This document shows, piece after piece, positions 1 through 12,197 of a stretch of DNA of 64,000 bases. This DNA comes from an uncultured Cytophagales bacterium (lineage in GTDB: Bacteria; Bacteroidota; Bacteroidia; Cytophagales; Cyclobacteriaceae). Position numbers and translations under genes: made by a program. The stretch covers positions 18,869 to 82,868 of the forward strand of contig CAJXNP010000021.1 in NCBI GenBank assembly GCA_913057175.1. The letters run 5' to 3'. The notes under the pieces were generated by a model that was not told where the DNA came from, ran no database searches, and saw nothing but the letters and a program-made list of their open reading frames with translations. Every line of letters begins with the position of its first letter. Position 1 is the stretch's first letter.

Positions 1-1146
1 ATCTCCAATGGAAATAGTATCAGCCAAATGAGAATATATTTTATCCTCACCATTAACAATTACTTTGAAAATAAAAGCATTTGTTTCCACAGGATGCGGT
101 GAAAAGCATGGCTTAACTTCCATTCCATCAAGGTTATTCCAGGCACCCAACTCCAGGTCAACAACATCGAAAAAGTAGTGAAAGGATTCTTCAGCCAATC
201 CAAGCAAGCTGGCAAACTTTTTCTGTGCTGTCACCCTAACCATTTTTGAGCTGAAAAACCTGATCTTCCTGGTTGACTTGGTAAGATCGACTAAACCGGC
301 ATAGTGATCATCGTGAACATGCGTGAGAAAAACACCTTCCAGGTCCTGTATATCCAGTCCCAAATGGTTGATGATATCCGCAAACCCGGGACCGGTATCT
401 ATGGCATAAATTTTACCTTCGTGCATTAAGAGGCTTCCCATACAAGGATTTTCAGGCTCCCAACCATTCCCTTCTCCACAGTGAATTACACTAAAATCAT
501 TGTATTCAAAGAAGTGATCATTCAGTGAAAAAGGCAATTTATTTGTATCCTTATCATTGGCAAAATCTATGATGCAACTGTCCTTTTTATATTCAATTTT
601 GAATTTATCGAAAGACAATCGATGGATCATCACTCCATTTTTAATTTCAATCGCTTTTTGTTCAAGAGGCATGAGCCGACATAGCTCATCAAAATTGTAG
701 ATCCTGTTTTGTGCAAAATGCAATTTGTAATGCATCATTTTTCTTGCAAATGATTCATCAAATCCATTTTCAAGAAATTCTTCCACACTATAATGTCCGT
801 AATTTCCTCTGCATATGTATTTTGCCTGCTGCTCGATAATTTCTCTTAAACCAATTAAAATTGGCAGGGGTTTTTGCGTCCCGACATGTTGGATCATTTC
901 ATTATTGTAAAGCATGTTCATGATCAGGAACTCTGAAAAATTGGTCAGCCTGCCTTTCTGAACTTTGCTATCTGGTAAAAGTATCGCATTCGGAGAGGAA
1001 GCATATTCGGATTCGACTAAATGACCTGCCTTTTTTAGAAATTTGACAGCATCCGGAGGACAACCGCAACACAATCGAAGATCTGCATCTTCAATTTCCA
1101 CCAAATGCAATCCGCGGGTAAGCTTAGTTTTTTGTATGTATGACAT
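1..1146 (-). CDS. MBL-fold metallo-hydrolase with an extra N-terminal domain; C-terminus cut by the window edge
   Basis: Not in the ORF track because it runs off the edge. My own reverse-complement translation from the ATG at 1146-1144 reads MSYIQKTKLTRGLHLVEIEDADLRLCCGCPP... It was checked codon by codon and is stop-free from 1146 down to nt 301. The rest, down to base 1, was only read by eye, and its end (...DTISIGD) is in frame. The metallo-beta-lactamase HxHxDH motif is present (FLTHVHDDHYAG, about nt 301-330). Confidence 0.65.
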   Translation of the reverse strand, partial: MSYIQKTKLTRGLHLVEIEDADLRLCCGCPPDAVKFLKKAGHLVESEYASSPNAILLPDSKVQKGRLTNFSEFLIMNMLYNNEMIQHVGTQKPLPILIGLREIIEQQAKYICRGNYGHYSVEEFLENGFDESFARKMMHYKLHFAQNRIYNFDELCRLMPLEQKAIEIKNGVMIHRLSFDKFKIEYKKDSCIIDFANDKDTNKLPFSLNDHFFEYNDFSVIHCGEGNGWEPENPCMGSLLMHEGKIYAIDTGPGFADIINHLGLDIQDLEGVFLTHVHDDHYAGLVDLTKSTRKIRFFSSKMVRVTAQKKFASLLGLAEESFHYFFDVVDLELGAWNNLDGMEVKPCFSPHPVETNAFIFKVIVNGEDKIYSHLADTISIGD

Positions 1147-1282
1147 TTGAAAATTTAACGAACCAATTTAATCTTTGATGGATGAATTGAAAAACCGATA
1201 TTCATAATTACTAAATAAATTTGTTTCAGTTATTGCTAAAAAAGAAGAAATCGAGACATTGGTCAGCATTTGCAAAAAAGAC

Positions 1283-1543
1283 ATGCAAATTGAACAAAAA
1301 TCGTCTATTTATTTTAAACACATAAATGAAGTAAAAACATGGCTGGAAAAAGAAATTCAATATTTACTGGATCATGACTTTCAAAAGCTCATCCAAATAT
1401 TGTATCGAATTGACATTCCAGAGGAAAAGGCAAAAGAAATTTTGAATAACACCAACCCTGGTCAAATGTCAACCAGCTTTGCTGAGCTAATCATTGCACG
1501 GGAACTACTGAAAGTGGAAATGAGGAGGAAATACAAAAGCTGA
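1283..1543 (+). CDS. small hypothetical protein (~86 aa)
   Basis: ORF 1259..1543 opens on TTG. The first ATG is at 1283 (MQIEQKSSIYFKH...). No motif recognised. It sits cleanly in an intergenic slot. Confidence 0.4.
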   Translation: MQIEQKSSIYFKHINEVKTWLEKEIQYLLDHDFQKLIQILYRIDIPEEKAKEILNNTNPGQMSTSFAELIIARELLKVEMRRKYKS

Positions 1544-1562
1544 AATTTAGGAATTGCGTATC

Positions 1563-3323
1563 TCAGGAAACAACTTTTTCACTATGCTCCATTACCTTCT
1601 CTTTCACTTCGATTGGTAGCTCAATGATGAAATCCGATCCTTTTCCGTACTCAGTTTTCAGATGTAATTTACCATCGAGTTTTTCGGTCATTTCCTTGGC
1701 AATGTACAGCCCAAGTCCCGAACCTTTGGATTTATCAGACCCACGGTAGAACATGTCAAATATTCGTTCTTTTTTCTCTTCGTTGATGCCATCACCATTG
1801 TCACTTACCTTAATCATGACCCTATTATTATTCTTTTCTGAACTAATATTTATATATGGGTCATTTTTCAGTAAATTATGGTATTTGAAGGCATTAGAGA
1901 TGAGGTTTCTCAAAATGGTTTGCACCCTTTTCTTGTCTGATATCAAAACCAGGTCTTCGTTGAGGTCAATTTGTACATCTATTTTATGATAATTTTCAAT
2001 GAACTGAAGATCGTTGATAATTTCTTTTACGAGCTCTTCCAGGTTGATCTCTTCATGCAAGACTTCCAATCTGGAGTTCCGGGAAAAATCAATGATCTCA
2101 CCGATAAATTCATCCAGTCTGTTCACACGATTGGCCATCAGGTCCAAAAATCCATGCAAGTCAACCTTTTTCCTGGCATTTTTCGCGAGATCGATCAGTC
2201 CTAAAATGGACATGAGCGGCGCACGTAAATCGTGACTGGTGCTATAAACAAATTGATCGAGCTCGGCATTTGTCTTTTCAAGCATCTTATTTTGAAGGGT
2301 TATCCGCTCTTCAGCTTCCTTCATTTCAGTGATGTCAATAATTGACCCAACCATCCTGACAGGCTCTCCTTCTTCATTCCAAAGTGCCATTCCGGAATCC
2401 ATAAACCACTTATACTGATCGTTTTTGGTTCTCAGGCGGACCTCCTCAACATATTTGGATTTCTTAGCCAGCAAATCATCAATTTTTTGCTTGATCCGAC
2501 CGCGATCTTCAGGATGTGCAAAATCAATGAATTGTTCAATCTGAAAATCTTCTAATTCGTGGTCCTCATAATCAAGCATATTTTTCCACATGGGTGAATG
2601 GTAAATGTTGTTCTTTTTAATATCCCAATCGTATAACCCGGCATTCGACCCTTTAAAAGCAAGTTCAAACCTTTGCTTACTCGCTTCTAACTCCTCCAAT
2701 ATTCTATTCAGATATTGTTCGTTGCTTTTCAGATAAGCTTCTGTGGTATGATTCAGGCGAATAAAAAACAGAATGATCAGGAATGTGGCTAATGTGGAAA
2801 CACAAAAATGAAGCAGAAAGCTCATTTTTAGACTATTTTCGTCCACTTCCTGAACCGGTATGATGGAATAATCAGAATTGAACATGAGGAAAAACAGTCC
2901 GACCGCAATGATAGAGAAGATCATCGCGTATAGCCTATGCTTATAACCATACAAAGCAAATGCTGCCAACAAAAGCGGAAAAAAACTGAGGAACTTTCCC
3001 GATTCCATGGGCTCTGAAGATCCAAAAACAAAAAGCATGGCAAGTGTGGAATACAGCAGAGTCACTTTGGCAAGGGAATAATACTTCATCCTGTTTAGAA
3101 AAAAAGCTGTCGCTGCAAACCCAATCAATAAAAAATAGAAGGGAGCCGAAGTCTTGATTCCGGCATATAGATCAAATATTAAATAAACAAAACAGATGAA
3201 AATGACAAGCATACTCAACAATCCCGTCAAAATGGATCGTTTGTACACACTTGTGGATTTGACAAAAGCATGTTCGCCGAGAATAAGGTTTTTATAAAAC
3301 TGCTCAAAAAGTGGATTATGCAT
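1563..3323 (-). CDS. membrane-bound PAS sensor histidine kinase
   Basis: 586 aa. The N-terminal ~190 aa are multi-pass hydrophobic. A PAS-like segment follows (AGLYDWDIKKNNIYHSP...VRMVGSIIDITEMKEAEE). H-box STSHDLRAPL. G1 box SDNGDGI. G2 box GSGLGLYIAKE. Confidence 0.9.
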   Translation of the reverse strand: MHNPLFEQFYKNLILGEHAFVKSTSVYKRSILTGLLSMLVIFICFVYLIFDLYAGIKTSAPFYFLLIGFAATAFFLNRMKYYSLAKVTLLYSTLAMLFVFGSSEPMESGKFLSFFPLLLAAFALYGYKHRLYAMIFSIIAVGLFFLMFNSDYSIIPVQEVDENSLKMSFLLHFCVSTLATFLIILFFIRLNHTTEAYLKSNEQYLNRILEELEASKQRFELAFKGSNAGLYDWDIKKNNIYHSPMWKNMLDYEDHELEDFQIEQFIDFAHPEDRGRIKQKIDDLLAKKSKYVEEVRLRTKNDQYKWFMDSGMALWNEEGEPVRMVGSIIDITEMKEAEERITLQNKMLEKTNAELDQFVYSTSHDLRAPLMSILGLIDLAKNARKKVDLHGFLDLMANRVNRLDEFIGEIIDFSRNSRLEVLHEEINLEELVKEIINDLQFIENYHKIDVQIDLNEDLVLISDKKRVQTILRNLISNAFKYHNLLKNDPYINISSEKNNNRVMIKVSDNGDGINEEKKERIFDMFYRGSDKSKGSGLGLYIAKEMTEKLDGKLHLKTEYGKGSDFIIELPIEVKEKVMEHSEKVVS

Positions 3324-3495
3324 GTTAAGAATCCAAGTTAGTTCAAAAAAGTAATCACAAGCTTCCGCTAAAATACTGTTAAATCACTACAAATCAGTGA
3401 AATTCAGCTAGTTTTTAAATATATACCTTACTTCTTTGCGAATTTGTAAAGAAAAGATGATTTTAAATCAATTTGTATCAAATCGGTTTTAACAA

Positions 3496-4311
3496 ATGAA
3501 TCTAAAAAAAATCAGTGTTTTGGGTTGTGGATGGCTGGGGCAACCCCTCGCTGTAGAATTAATTAAATCAGGATATCAAATCAACGGCTCTACAACGAGA
3601 GAAGATAACTTAATTTCCCTTTCTAAAGTTGGTATTCAATCATACCTGATCAATATTACGGACCAATCTATCAAAGGTAAAATCGAACTCTTTTTGGAAA
3701 GCGATTTATTGATTTTCAATATCCCACCGGTTAGAAGACCTGACATCCTTGACTTTTACCCAAAACTTATCGGCTTGCTCCTCCCCCACATAGAAAAATC
3801 ATCGATAAAAAAAGTCTTGTTCATAAGTTCAACTTCCGTTTACCAAAACATCAATGGAACGGTTGACGAAACAACAATACCTGAACCTGAAAAAGACTCA
3901 GGTATGGCGATATTAAAAGCAGAGTCAATGTTACAAAATTGCGATAAATTTAAAACGACCATTCTCCGGTTTGCAGGTTTGGCAGGCCCTGACAGGCATC
4001 CCGGACGTTTTCTTGCTGGCAAAACTGGACTTTCGGGAGCTTTAAATCCAGTAAACCTGATCCACCTGGACGATTGTATTGGAATCATTATTTCCATTGT
4101 TAAAAATGAGAAATGGGGAAAAATATATAATGGCTGCTATCCGAATCATCCAACAAAAATGGAGTTTTATACCCATGCAGCCACCCAATTAGGACTTACA
4201 CCTCCTGACTTTAGTTTGGACAAAAGAAGTGATTTCAAAGTAGTGAATGGGCAAAAAGTGGAAAGAGAACTAAATTATCAATACAAGAAAGACATTTTTA
4301 AACTTTCCTAA
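3496..4311 (+). CDS. NAD(P)-binding Rossmann-fold protein, SDR / NAD-dependent epimerase-dehydratase like
   Basis: 271 aa with an N-terminal dinucleotide-binding loop VLGCGWLGQPLA. Length and layout fit atypical SDR/epimerase proteins. Confidence 0.6.
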   Translation: MNLKKISVLGCGWLGQPLAVELIKSGYQINGSTTREDNLISLSKVGIQSYLINITDQSIKGKIELFLESDLLIFNIPPVRRPDILDFYPKLIGLLLPHIEKSSIKKVLFISSTSVYQNINGTVDETTIPEPEKDSGMAILKAESMLQNCDKFKTTILRFAGLAGPDRHPGRFLAGKTGLSGALNPVNLIHLDDCIGIIISIVKNEKWGKIYNGCYPNHPTKMEFYTHAATQLGLTPPDFSLDKRSDFKVVNGQKVERELNYQYKKDIFKLS

Positions 4312-4341
4312 AACTTTCTTTAAATCTCTCGTTTATAATTG

Positions 4342-4349
4342 TACATTTG
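4342..4349 (+). promoter_or_regulatory. candidate Bacteroidota sigma-A -7 box (TACATTTG) for the thi operon
   Basis: Exact match to TAnnTTTG, placed a few nt upstream of the riboswitch start. I found no clean TTTG -33 element at the canonical spacing. Confidence 0.4.
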
Positions 4350-4351
4350 AT

Positions 4352-4432
4352 AAAACTTTAGGGGTGTCCATTCGGACTGAGATTATACCCTCAAGACCTG
4401 ATCCTGGTAATGCTGGCGAAGGGAAAAGTATC
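4352..4432 (+). promoter_or_regulatory. TPP (THI-box) riboswitch
   Basis: GGGGTGTCC-ATTC-GGACTGAGATTATACCC...ACCTGATCCTGGTAATGCTGGCGAAGGGAA matches the conserved TPP aptamer core (GGGGUGC..CUGAGA..ACCC..CCUGAUCUGGAUAAUGCCAGCG.AGGGAA). It sits directly upstream of thiS-thiC. Confidence 0.9.
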
Positions 4433-4522
4433 CTACTCAGTTCGCTATACACTTCTTATTATTAATCAGGTTAATTGTGTTTCAATCGGATTAATTCCGA
4501 TCAAATATTGATTCAAAATTCT

Positions 4523-4726
4523 ATGAACATTAGTCTTAATGAAAAAGAAGTGTCCATTGACAAACAAATTTCACTGGAGGAGCTTTTTAATCAATACGAT
4601 ATAAAAGCCACAAAAGGAGTGGCTGTGGCAGTAAACGAAATGATCATACCAAAAAAAGAATGGTCGTCTTACAATCTGAGGGACAATGACAAAATATTGG
4701 TCATTACGGCAACTCAAGGAGGGTAG
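4523..4726 (+). CDS. thiS: sulfur carrier protein ThiS
   Basis: Internal ATG of ORF 4475..4726 gives a 67-aa protein, MNISLNEKEV...ILVITATQGG, ending in the diagnostic C-terminal Gly-Gly. It lies inside the thi operon. Confidence 0.85.
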   Translation: MNISLNEKEVSIDKQISLEELFNQYDIKATKGVAVAVNEMIIPKKEWSSYNLRDNDKILVITATQGG

Positions 4727-4807
4727 GGCAAATTAAAAACCGAAATACCAAGTAAGTAAAGTAATTGGTATTCGGTAATTGAAATCATTAAATCGACAGA
4801 TCACTAA

Positions 4808-6694
<1,887 letters not shown>

Positions 6695-7306
6695 ATGAAG
6701 ATTATTCTCATCACATCACCGGAAGAAGTCAAGCTGGAATTGGAAACAATCGACAGACTTTTTGAAGAAGGATCAGACCTTCTCCACATTCGGAAACCAG
6801 AATGGAGTGATGAGAAGCTATTGAAATATGTTCTTTCATTGCCTCAAAGTTTTAGAAATCAAATGGCTATTCATGGAAATGCATCAATAGCATTGGAATT
6901 GAAAGTTGGCGGTATTCATCAAAAATCGAATCAAAAGCCGGATGAAATTCCTACAAGTTGGAAAGGAAGAAAAAGCCGGTCGACTCATAGCATTGAGGAA
7001 ATTGAGAGTTATCAAAACAAATACGACTATTATTTCCTGAGTCCAGTGTTTGAAAGCATTTCCAAGCCTGGTTATAAGAGTTCTTTTGATGCAGATGAAT
7101 TGAATAACTATCTGACCAAAGAACGAGAGTTTGAAATCTTTGCCCTTGGAGGGATCGATTCTTCCCATGTACAACAGTGCGCTGAAATGGGTTTTGATGG
7201 AGTTGCAATCATGGGATCGATCTGGCAGAAAGATTCTTTGGAAGAAAGATTGAAGGAATTCAGGAGTATTAAGAACGGAGTAGATCAATTGAAGCAAGAA
7301 GTTTGA
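6695..7306 (+). CDS. thiamine-phosphate synthase-like protein (ThiE/TenI family paralog)
   Basis: 203 aa TIM-barrel-like protein with ThiE/TenI-type blocks (LLHIRKPEWS, YYFLSPVFESISKPG, ALGGI). It is the second member of this family in the same operon. See finding. Confidence 0.7.
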   Translation: MKIILITSPEEVKLELETIDRLFEEGSDLLHIRKPEWSDEKLLKYVLSLPQSFRNQMAIHGNASIALELKVGGIHQKSNQKPDEIPTSWKGRKSRSTHSIEEIESYQNKYDYYFLSPVFESISKPGYKSSFDADELNNYLTKEREFEIFALGGIDSSHVQQCAEMGFDGVAIMGSIWQKDSLEERLKEFRSIKNGVDQLKQEV

Positions 7307-7311
7307 TTAAG

Positions 7312-8070
7312 ATGCCAAAAAAACTGAAATATATCTTAAGCATTGCCGGACACGACCCATCAGGGGGTGCGGGAGTCCTTGCTGATATCAAGGTATTTGA
7401 ACATCATCAATTAATGGGTTTTGGTGTTGTAACGTCTATTACATTTCAAAATGATGCTGAATTTAATGGACTGGAATGGATAGCTCCTGAAAATATTTTC
7501 AATCAGCTCAAACCATTATTTAAATACGATATCGATGTTATAAAAATCGGATTGATAGAAAATCTGGAGGTTCTGTTGAAGATCATTGACTTATTAAAAA
7601 AGCGATGGCCTGAAGTAAAGATCATTTGGGATCCGATCTTAAAAGCATCTGCCGGGTATGAATTTCATTCCGAAATGGACTTGCAGGCATTGGTGAATGT
7701 TTTGAATAAAATTTATCTGATTACACCCAATTATCCTGAAATGGAAGCGATCGGAAGTGAAGATGCGTTGACGAATGCATTGAAAATCAGCAACTCCTGC
7801 TTTGTTTTCCTGAAGGGAGGACATCATTCTGAAAACGCAAATGACTTATTAATAAAAGATGGCAAAGTCCTTCGGGAATACAAGCAGGGGAAAATTTATG
7901 GTATTGAAAAACATGGCAGCGGATGCGTTTTGTCAAGCGCTATCGCTGCCGGGCTGGTTTTGGGAAAAGATGTTGAAACATCTTGCCGTGATGCAAAGGA
8001 ATACACACTTGATTTCCTGATCAGCAATGAGACATTATTAGGTCAGCATAATAATCCACTAATCGCATGA
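7312..8070 (+). CDS. thiD: hydroxymethylpyrimidine / phosphomethylpyrimidine kinase ThiD
   Basis: ORF 7303..8070 opens on TTG; ATG at 7312 (MPKKLKYILSIAGHDPSGGAGVLADIK). The GHDPSGGAG motif is typical of ThiD. Confidence 0.9.
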   Translation: MPKKLKYILSIAGHDPSGGAGVLADIKVFEHHQLMGFGVVTSITFQNDAEFNGLEWIAPENIFNQLKPLFKYDIDVIKIGLIENLEVLLKIIDLLKKRWPEVKIIWDPILKASAGYEFHSEMDLQALVNVLNKIYLITPNYPEMEAIGSEDALTNALKISNSCFVFLKGGHHSENANDLLIKDGKVLREYKQGKIYGIEKHGSGCVLSSAIAAGLVLGKDVETSCRDAKEYTLDFLISNETLLGQHNNPLIA

Positions 8071-8717
8071 AAATTGAAAAATTACATTATATCACACAAA
8101 GTTTGAATGGCAAAAGCCATGCTGATATGGCTCGCGAAGCATGTCAGGCGGGCGTAAAATGGGTCCAGCTTAGAATAAAGGATTCCAATGAAAAACAAAT
8201 GTTGTCTGAAGCCGAAAGGGTCTTAGCTATCTGCAAAGTTTATGGAGCTAAATTTATCATGAATGACCATGTCGAATTGGCCAAATTTATCCAGGCTGAC
8301 GGGGTTCATTTGGGTAAATCTGACATGAGGCCGGAAGTGGCAAGGAAAATCCTTGGCGATGAAGTAATTATTGGGGGAACTGCCAATACCCTGGAAGATA
8401 TTATTTCGCTACATGCCCAGGGTGTCGATTACATTGGCCTGGGACCTTTGCGATTTACCGATACTAAAGCGAATTTGAGTCCAATTCTTGGCTTTAGCGG
8501 ATACAAAGACATCATCCGCCAGTTGATTGAAAAAGGGATTGAGACTCCGATTATTGCTATCGGAGGAATTCAGGTTGAAGATGTTGAAGAATTGATGAGG
8601 GTGGGAGTACATGGAATAGCAGTCGCTTCACTTATCAATCATTCCGAGCAAAAGAAACAAACAATAAACCACGTACATAAACAGCTAAGTTATTATGGAG
8701 AAATTGCACATAGCTGA
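8067..8717 (+). CDS. thiE: thiamine-phosphate synthase ThiE
   Basis: 216 aa with ThiE blocks ([43 protein letters not shown]). Its ATG overlaps the thiD stop (ATGA). Confidence 0.9.
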   Translation: MKIEKLHYITQSLNGKSHADMAREACQAGVKWVQLRIKDSNEKQMLSEAERVLAICKVYGAKFIMNDHVELAKFIQADGVHLGKSDMRPEVARKILGDEVIIGGTANTLEDIISLHAQGVDYIGLGPLRFTDTKANLSPILGFSGYKDIIRQLIEKGIETPIIAIGGIQVEDVEELMRVGVHGIAVASLINHSEQKKQTINHVHKQLSYYGEIAHS

Positions 8718-9465
8718 TAAAACTTTCAGCAGCAGATTATTTACCGGGACGGGTAAATTCAGCTCATCACCTTTGATGGGTGAAGCGATAAAAGCTTCGG
8801 GGTCGGAACTGGTAACAGTTGCCCTTAAACGGGTCAACCTGGATAAACGGGAAGATGATCTGCTTGAAACACTTAAATCAAATAACATACATTTACTTCC
8901 CAATACTTCCGGCGTGAGAAATGCCAGGGAAGCAATTTTTGCCGCACAATTGGCGAGAGAGGCGTTGGAAACCAACTGGATCAAACTGGAAATCCACCCT
9001 GATCCCAAGTATTTAATGCCCGACCCGGTCGAAACCCTCGAAGCGACACGGGAATTGACGAAAATGGGGTTTGTCGTACTGCCATACATCCACGCCGATC
9101 CCGTTTTGTGCAAAAGATTAGAAGAAGTTGGTTCGGCAGCAGTCATGCCGTTGGGCTCTCCTATCGGAAGCAACAAAGGCCTGAAAACCATTGATTTCCT
9201 TGAAATCATCATCGAACAAAGCAATGTGCCTGTTGTGGTTGATGCAGGAATTGGAGCGCCATCAGACGCAGCCAAAGCCATGGAAATTGGCGCTGATGCC
9301 GTTTTGGTCAATACAGCCATTGCTGTCAGCGACAGCCCTGTTGAGATGGGAATAGCCTTCAAAATGGCTGTGGAAGCCGGAAGGATGGCGTATGAAGCAA
9401 AGCTGGCAAAACCAGGCAAATTGGCCTCTGCCAGCAGTCCGTTAACAGCATTTTTACATGAGTAG
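8695..9465 (+). CDS. thiG: thiazole synthase ThiG
   Basis: 256 aa with strongly conserved ThiG blocks ([59 protein letters not shown]). Confidence 0.97.
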   Translation: MEKLHIADKTFSSRLFTGTGKFSSSPLMGEAIKASGSELVTVALKRVNLDKREDDLLETLKSNNIHLLPNTSGVRNAREAIFAAQLAREALETNWIKLEIHPDPKYLMPDPVETLEATRELTKMGFVVLPYIHADPVLCKRLEEVGSAAVMPLGSPIGSNKGLKTIDFLEIIIEQSNVPVVVDAGIGAPSDAAKAMEIGADAVLVNTAIAVSDSPVEMGIAFKMAVEAGRMAYEAKLAKPGKLASASSPLTAFLHE

Positions 9466-10615
9466 TTTTAAAGAAATATTTGATCAATACCATTGGGATG
9501 ATGTCAAATCATCCATTTACAACAAAACACAACAGGATGTGGAACGAGCATTGGCAAGTGAGGAGCGCTCGATCGAAGATTTCAAAGCGCTGATTTCCCC
9601 TGCTGCCAAACCCTACCTGGAAGAAATGGCTCACCAAAGTAGGGAAATTACCTTGAAGCGTTTCGGCAATACCATGCAGCTATATGCCCCGCTCTATCTT
9701 TCAAATGAATGTCAGAATATTTGTACCTATTGTGGGTTTAGTTACAATAATAAAATCAGGCGAAAAACGCTTTCCAATGTCGAAATATTGAAGGAAGTCG
9801 AGGCGCTCAAAAAAATGGGTTTTGAGCATGTCCTGCTGGTGACTGGCGAGGCCAATCAAACTGTAGGCATGGATTACTTCCGGAATGCCATGAATATCAT
9901 CCGGCCGCATTTTGCCAATGTCAGCATCGAAGTACAACCATTGGATGAGGAAGATTATGCAGAGCTTTCGGATTTGGGTGTCCATGCCGTGTTGGTGTAC
10001 CAGGAAACGTATCATCAGGAAGACTACAAACTGCATCACCCGAAAGGGAAAAAGTCGAACTTTTACTATCGGTTGGACACACCAGATCGGCTTGGAGAAG
10101 CGGGAATCCACAAAATGGGCCTCGGCGCATTGATCGGACTGGAAGACTGGCGCACTGAAAGTTTTTTTGTCGCACTGCATCTGCAGTACCTTGAACGGAA
10201 ATACTGGAAAACAAAATATTCCATCTCCTTTCCAAGGTTAAGGCCTTTCTCGGGAGGACTGGATCCGAAAGTGGAAATGACCGATCCGGAACTCGTCCAG
10301 TTAATATGCGCCTACCGCCTTTTGAATGAGGAGGTAGAGCTTTCGCTTTCTACCCGGGAATCGGAAAAATTCAGGGACAATGTGATGAAACTGGGAATCA
10401 CATCCATGAGCGCCGGCTCCAAAACCAATCCCGGCGGCTATGCCGTCGAAAAAGAATCGCTGGAACAATTCGAGATCTCAGATGAGCGAACCCCGGCAGA
10501 AATAGCTGAGCTTATTCGAAGGCAAGGCTATGAACCAGTTTGGAAAGATTGGGATGCGGTGTTGGAAAGAAAAGGGACGACTATGGATGTGAATTTGGTT
10601 GGGGATGAGAAGTGA
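9458..10615 (+). CDS. thiH: 2-iminoacetate synthase ThiH (radical SAM)
   Basis: 385 aa with radical-SAM cluster motif [10 protein letters not shown]. It is the last gene of the thi operon and overlaps the thiG stop. Confidence 0.9.
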   Translation: MSSFKEIFDQYHWDDVKSSIYNKTQQDVERALASEERSIEDFKALISPAAKPYLEEMAHQSREITLKRFGNTMQLYAPLYLSNECQNICTYCGFSYNNKIRRKTLSNVEILKEVEALKKMGFEHVLLVTGEANQTVGMDYFRNAMNIIRPHFANVSIEVQPLDEEDYAELSDLGVHAVLVYQETYHQEDYKLHHPKGKKSNFYYRLDTPDRLGEAGIHKMGLGALIGLEDWRTESFFVALHLQYLERKYWKTKYSISFPRLRPFSGGLDPKVEMTDPELVQLICAYRLLNEEVELSLSTRESEKFRDNVMKLGITSMSAGSKTNPGGYAVEKESLEQFEISDERTPAEIAELIRRQGYEPVWKDWDAVLERKGTTMDVNLVGDEK

Positions 10616-10827
10616 AATGTGGTTGGTGGGGGTTGGTTGGTGAGACACCAACCAGGGTGTGCTTAATGAGATGCCAAACAGGCTAATGTTAATTTAATTT
10701 TTTCCATTTTATATTCTTCCGTCTACTTATTCATTTGAATAAGCCAGTGCTTACAGACAAATAATTACATGTGATTAACTGAAAGTCACGCTATTTATAT
10801 TTAAGAAATTGTTCTTAACTTATAAGT

Positions 10828-11916
10828 ATGAAGTTATTTGTCTTCAGTCTCTCTTTTATACTTTTTTTGACTGGGTGTCAGGAAGAAGGAAACGACGACC
10901 CAAGAAGTGGGTTAAACCTTCCTGAGGATGTAGCTTTCACACACCTGCCAACTGACCTTTCCCGTATGTTGGAGTTTGGGGCAATTGGACAAATAAATGT
11001 CATACCGAAAGCCCATGGAGGTTTTGGAGTAAAAGATTATTACTCACCTACCCCCGACATACCTGTTTACGCCATGTCAGATGGCATTATTTACAACATT
11101 CGTTATGAAGCCAGGCACTATGAGGCGCCTTTCGCACCTGACTCACTAGTAGGGAAACCTTATGATGATTATACTCTTCATATTTATATTTCTCAAACTG
11201 CGGAAATGCATTTTGGCCACTTATCTAAATTGGCACCGGAAATATTGGAACAGGCCGGCAACCTGGAGATCGGAACTACCGAAAATGATGTAAGAATCCC
11301 TATCAGGGAAGGCCAGGTGTTGGCTAATATCGGCACACATCCCGGATTTGATGTTGGTTTATATGATGTAAAAAAGGAACATTATTTTGCTAATCCCGAT
11401 CGATATAGCATTGACTATCGCTCTGCCATCCCATTTACTGATTTTCTTCCTGAAAATTTAAGGGAAAAAGTTTGGGAAATTAATCCCAGAACTGTTGAAC
11501 CGCTGGGTGGGAAAATAAATTATGACCTGGATGGTACCATTTCAGGCAATTGGTTTCTGGAAGGAACAACTGGAGGAACCACCTGGGAAAATCAGCTCAT
11601 CATTGCTTACCACGAGCGATATGCAGATAGAATTACCATAGCAGATGCCAGTCCTCAAAAAGAAAGAGGCGAAAGCAATATTTGGTGGATCATAGGTAAT
11701 CAACCCTACCCTGAGGAAATCACTCCTGAATCCGGGAAAGTAAAATTAAATGTAGCGACCTGGTATAAATTTGCCACGACAGACACCCCACCCTCCGAGG
11801 GTATAATATTAATAGAGCTTACGGAAGACAATTTTTTAAATTTTGAGTACTTCCCGGGAGAATTACCCGAAAATGTCGAAGATTTCACCAGTAATATGAG
11901 GGTATATGAGAGGTAA
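10828..11916 (+). CDS. hypothetical lipoprotein
   Basis: 362 aa. Signal peptide plus lipobox-like LFLTGCQEE. A weak resemblance to the M23/LytM barrel (MHFGHLSKL...REGQVLANIGT) is not enough for a functional call. Confidence 0.6.
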   Translation: MKLFVFSLSFILFLTGCQEEGNDDPRSGLNLPEDVAFTHLPTDLSRMLEFGAIGQINVIPKAHGGFGVKDYYSPTPDIPVYAMSDGIIYNIRYEARHYEAPFAPDSLVGKPYDDYTLHIYISQTAEMHFGHLSKLAPEILEQAGNLEIGTTENDVRIPIREGQVLANIGTHPGFDVGLYDVKKEHYFANPDRYSIDYRSAIPFTDFLPENLREKVWEINPRTVEPLGGKINYDLDGTISGNWFLEGTTGGTTWENQLIIAYHERYADRITIADASPQKERGESNIWWIIGNQPYPEEITPESGKVKLNVATWYKFATTDTPPSEGIILIELTEDNFLNFEYFPGELPENVEDFTSNMRVYER

Positions 11917-12197
11917 GGTTTGTCGAAATTATTTTTTGTGGAAACGGACAGCTAAGATGAGTATGCCCCCAGTTGCTATTAGCGCTGGAGTTTATTTCTG
12001 GAAGAAGACTTTCAAATGTCTTCGTTCGCATATTCATTTTTAACGTTTGTTGGCATTTCGTTTTATCCCAGATTAAGCTAAAGCTTAATCTGCACTATCG
12101 GTTGACGAAAAACTGCGTTTTTGTCAAGGTTAACCCTGACAAAGCTCCGCTTTCGTCAGCCCAAAGGGCAAATTCCGCTCCAATGCGGAATTTGGGT

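Noticed and set aside
8685-9419. 244-aa ORF on the minus strand, fully antisense to thiG
   Set aside because: thiG on the plus strand has unmistakable conserved blocks. The antisense ORF is Ala/Ser/Thr-rich low-complexity sequence typical of a shadow frame in a locally GC-rich gene.
10634-10654. Hairpin TGGTTGGTG-AGA-CACCAACCA right after thiH, as the operon terminator
   Set aside because: The stem is good but no T tract follows, so I did not list it as a terminator. It may still act as an RNA-stabilising or rho-dependent element.
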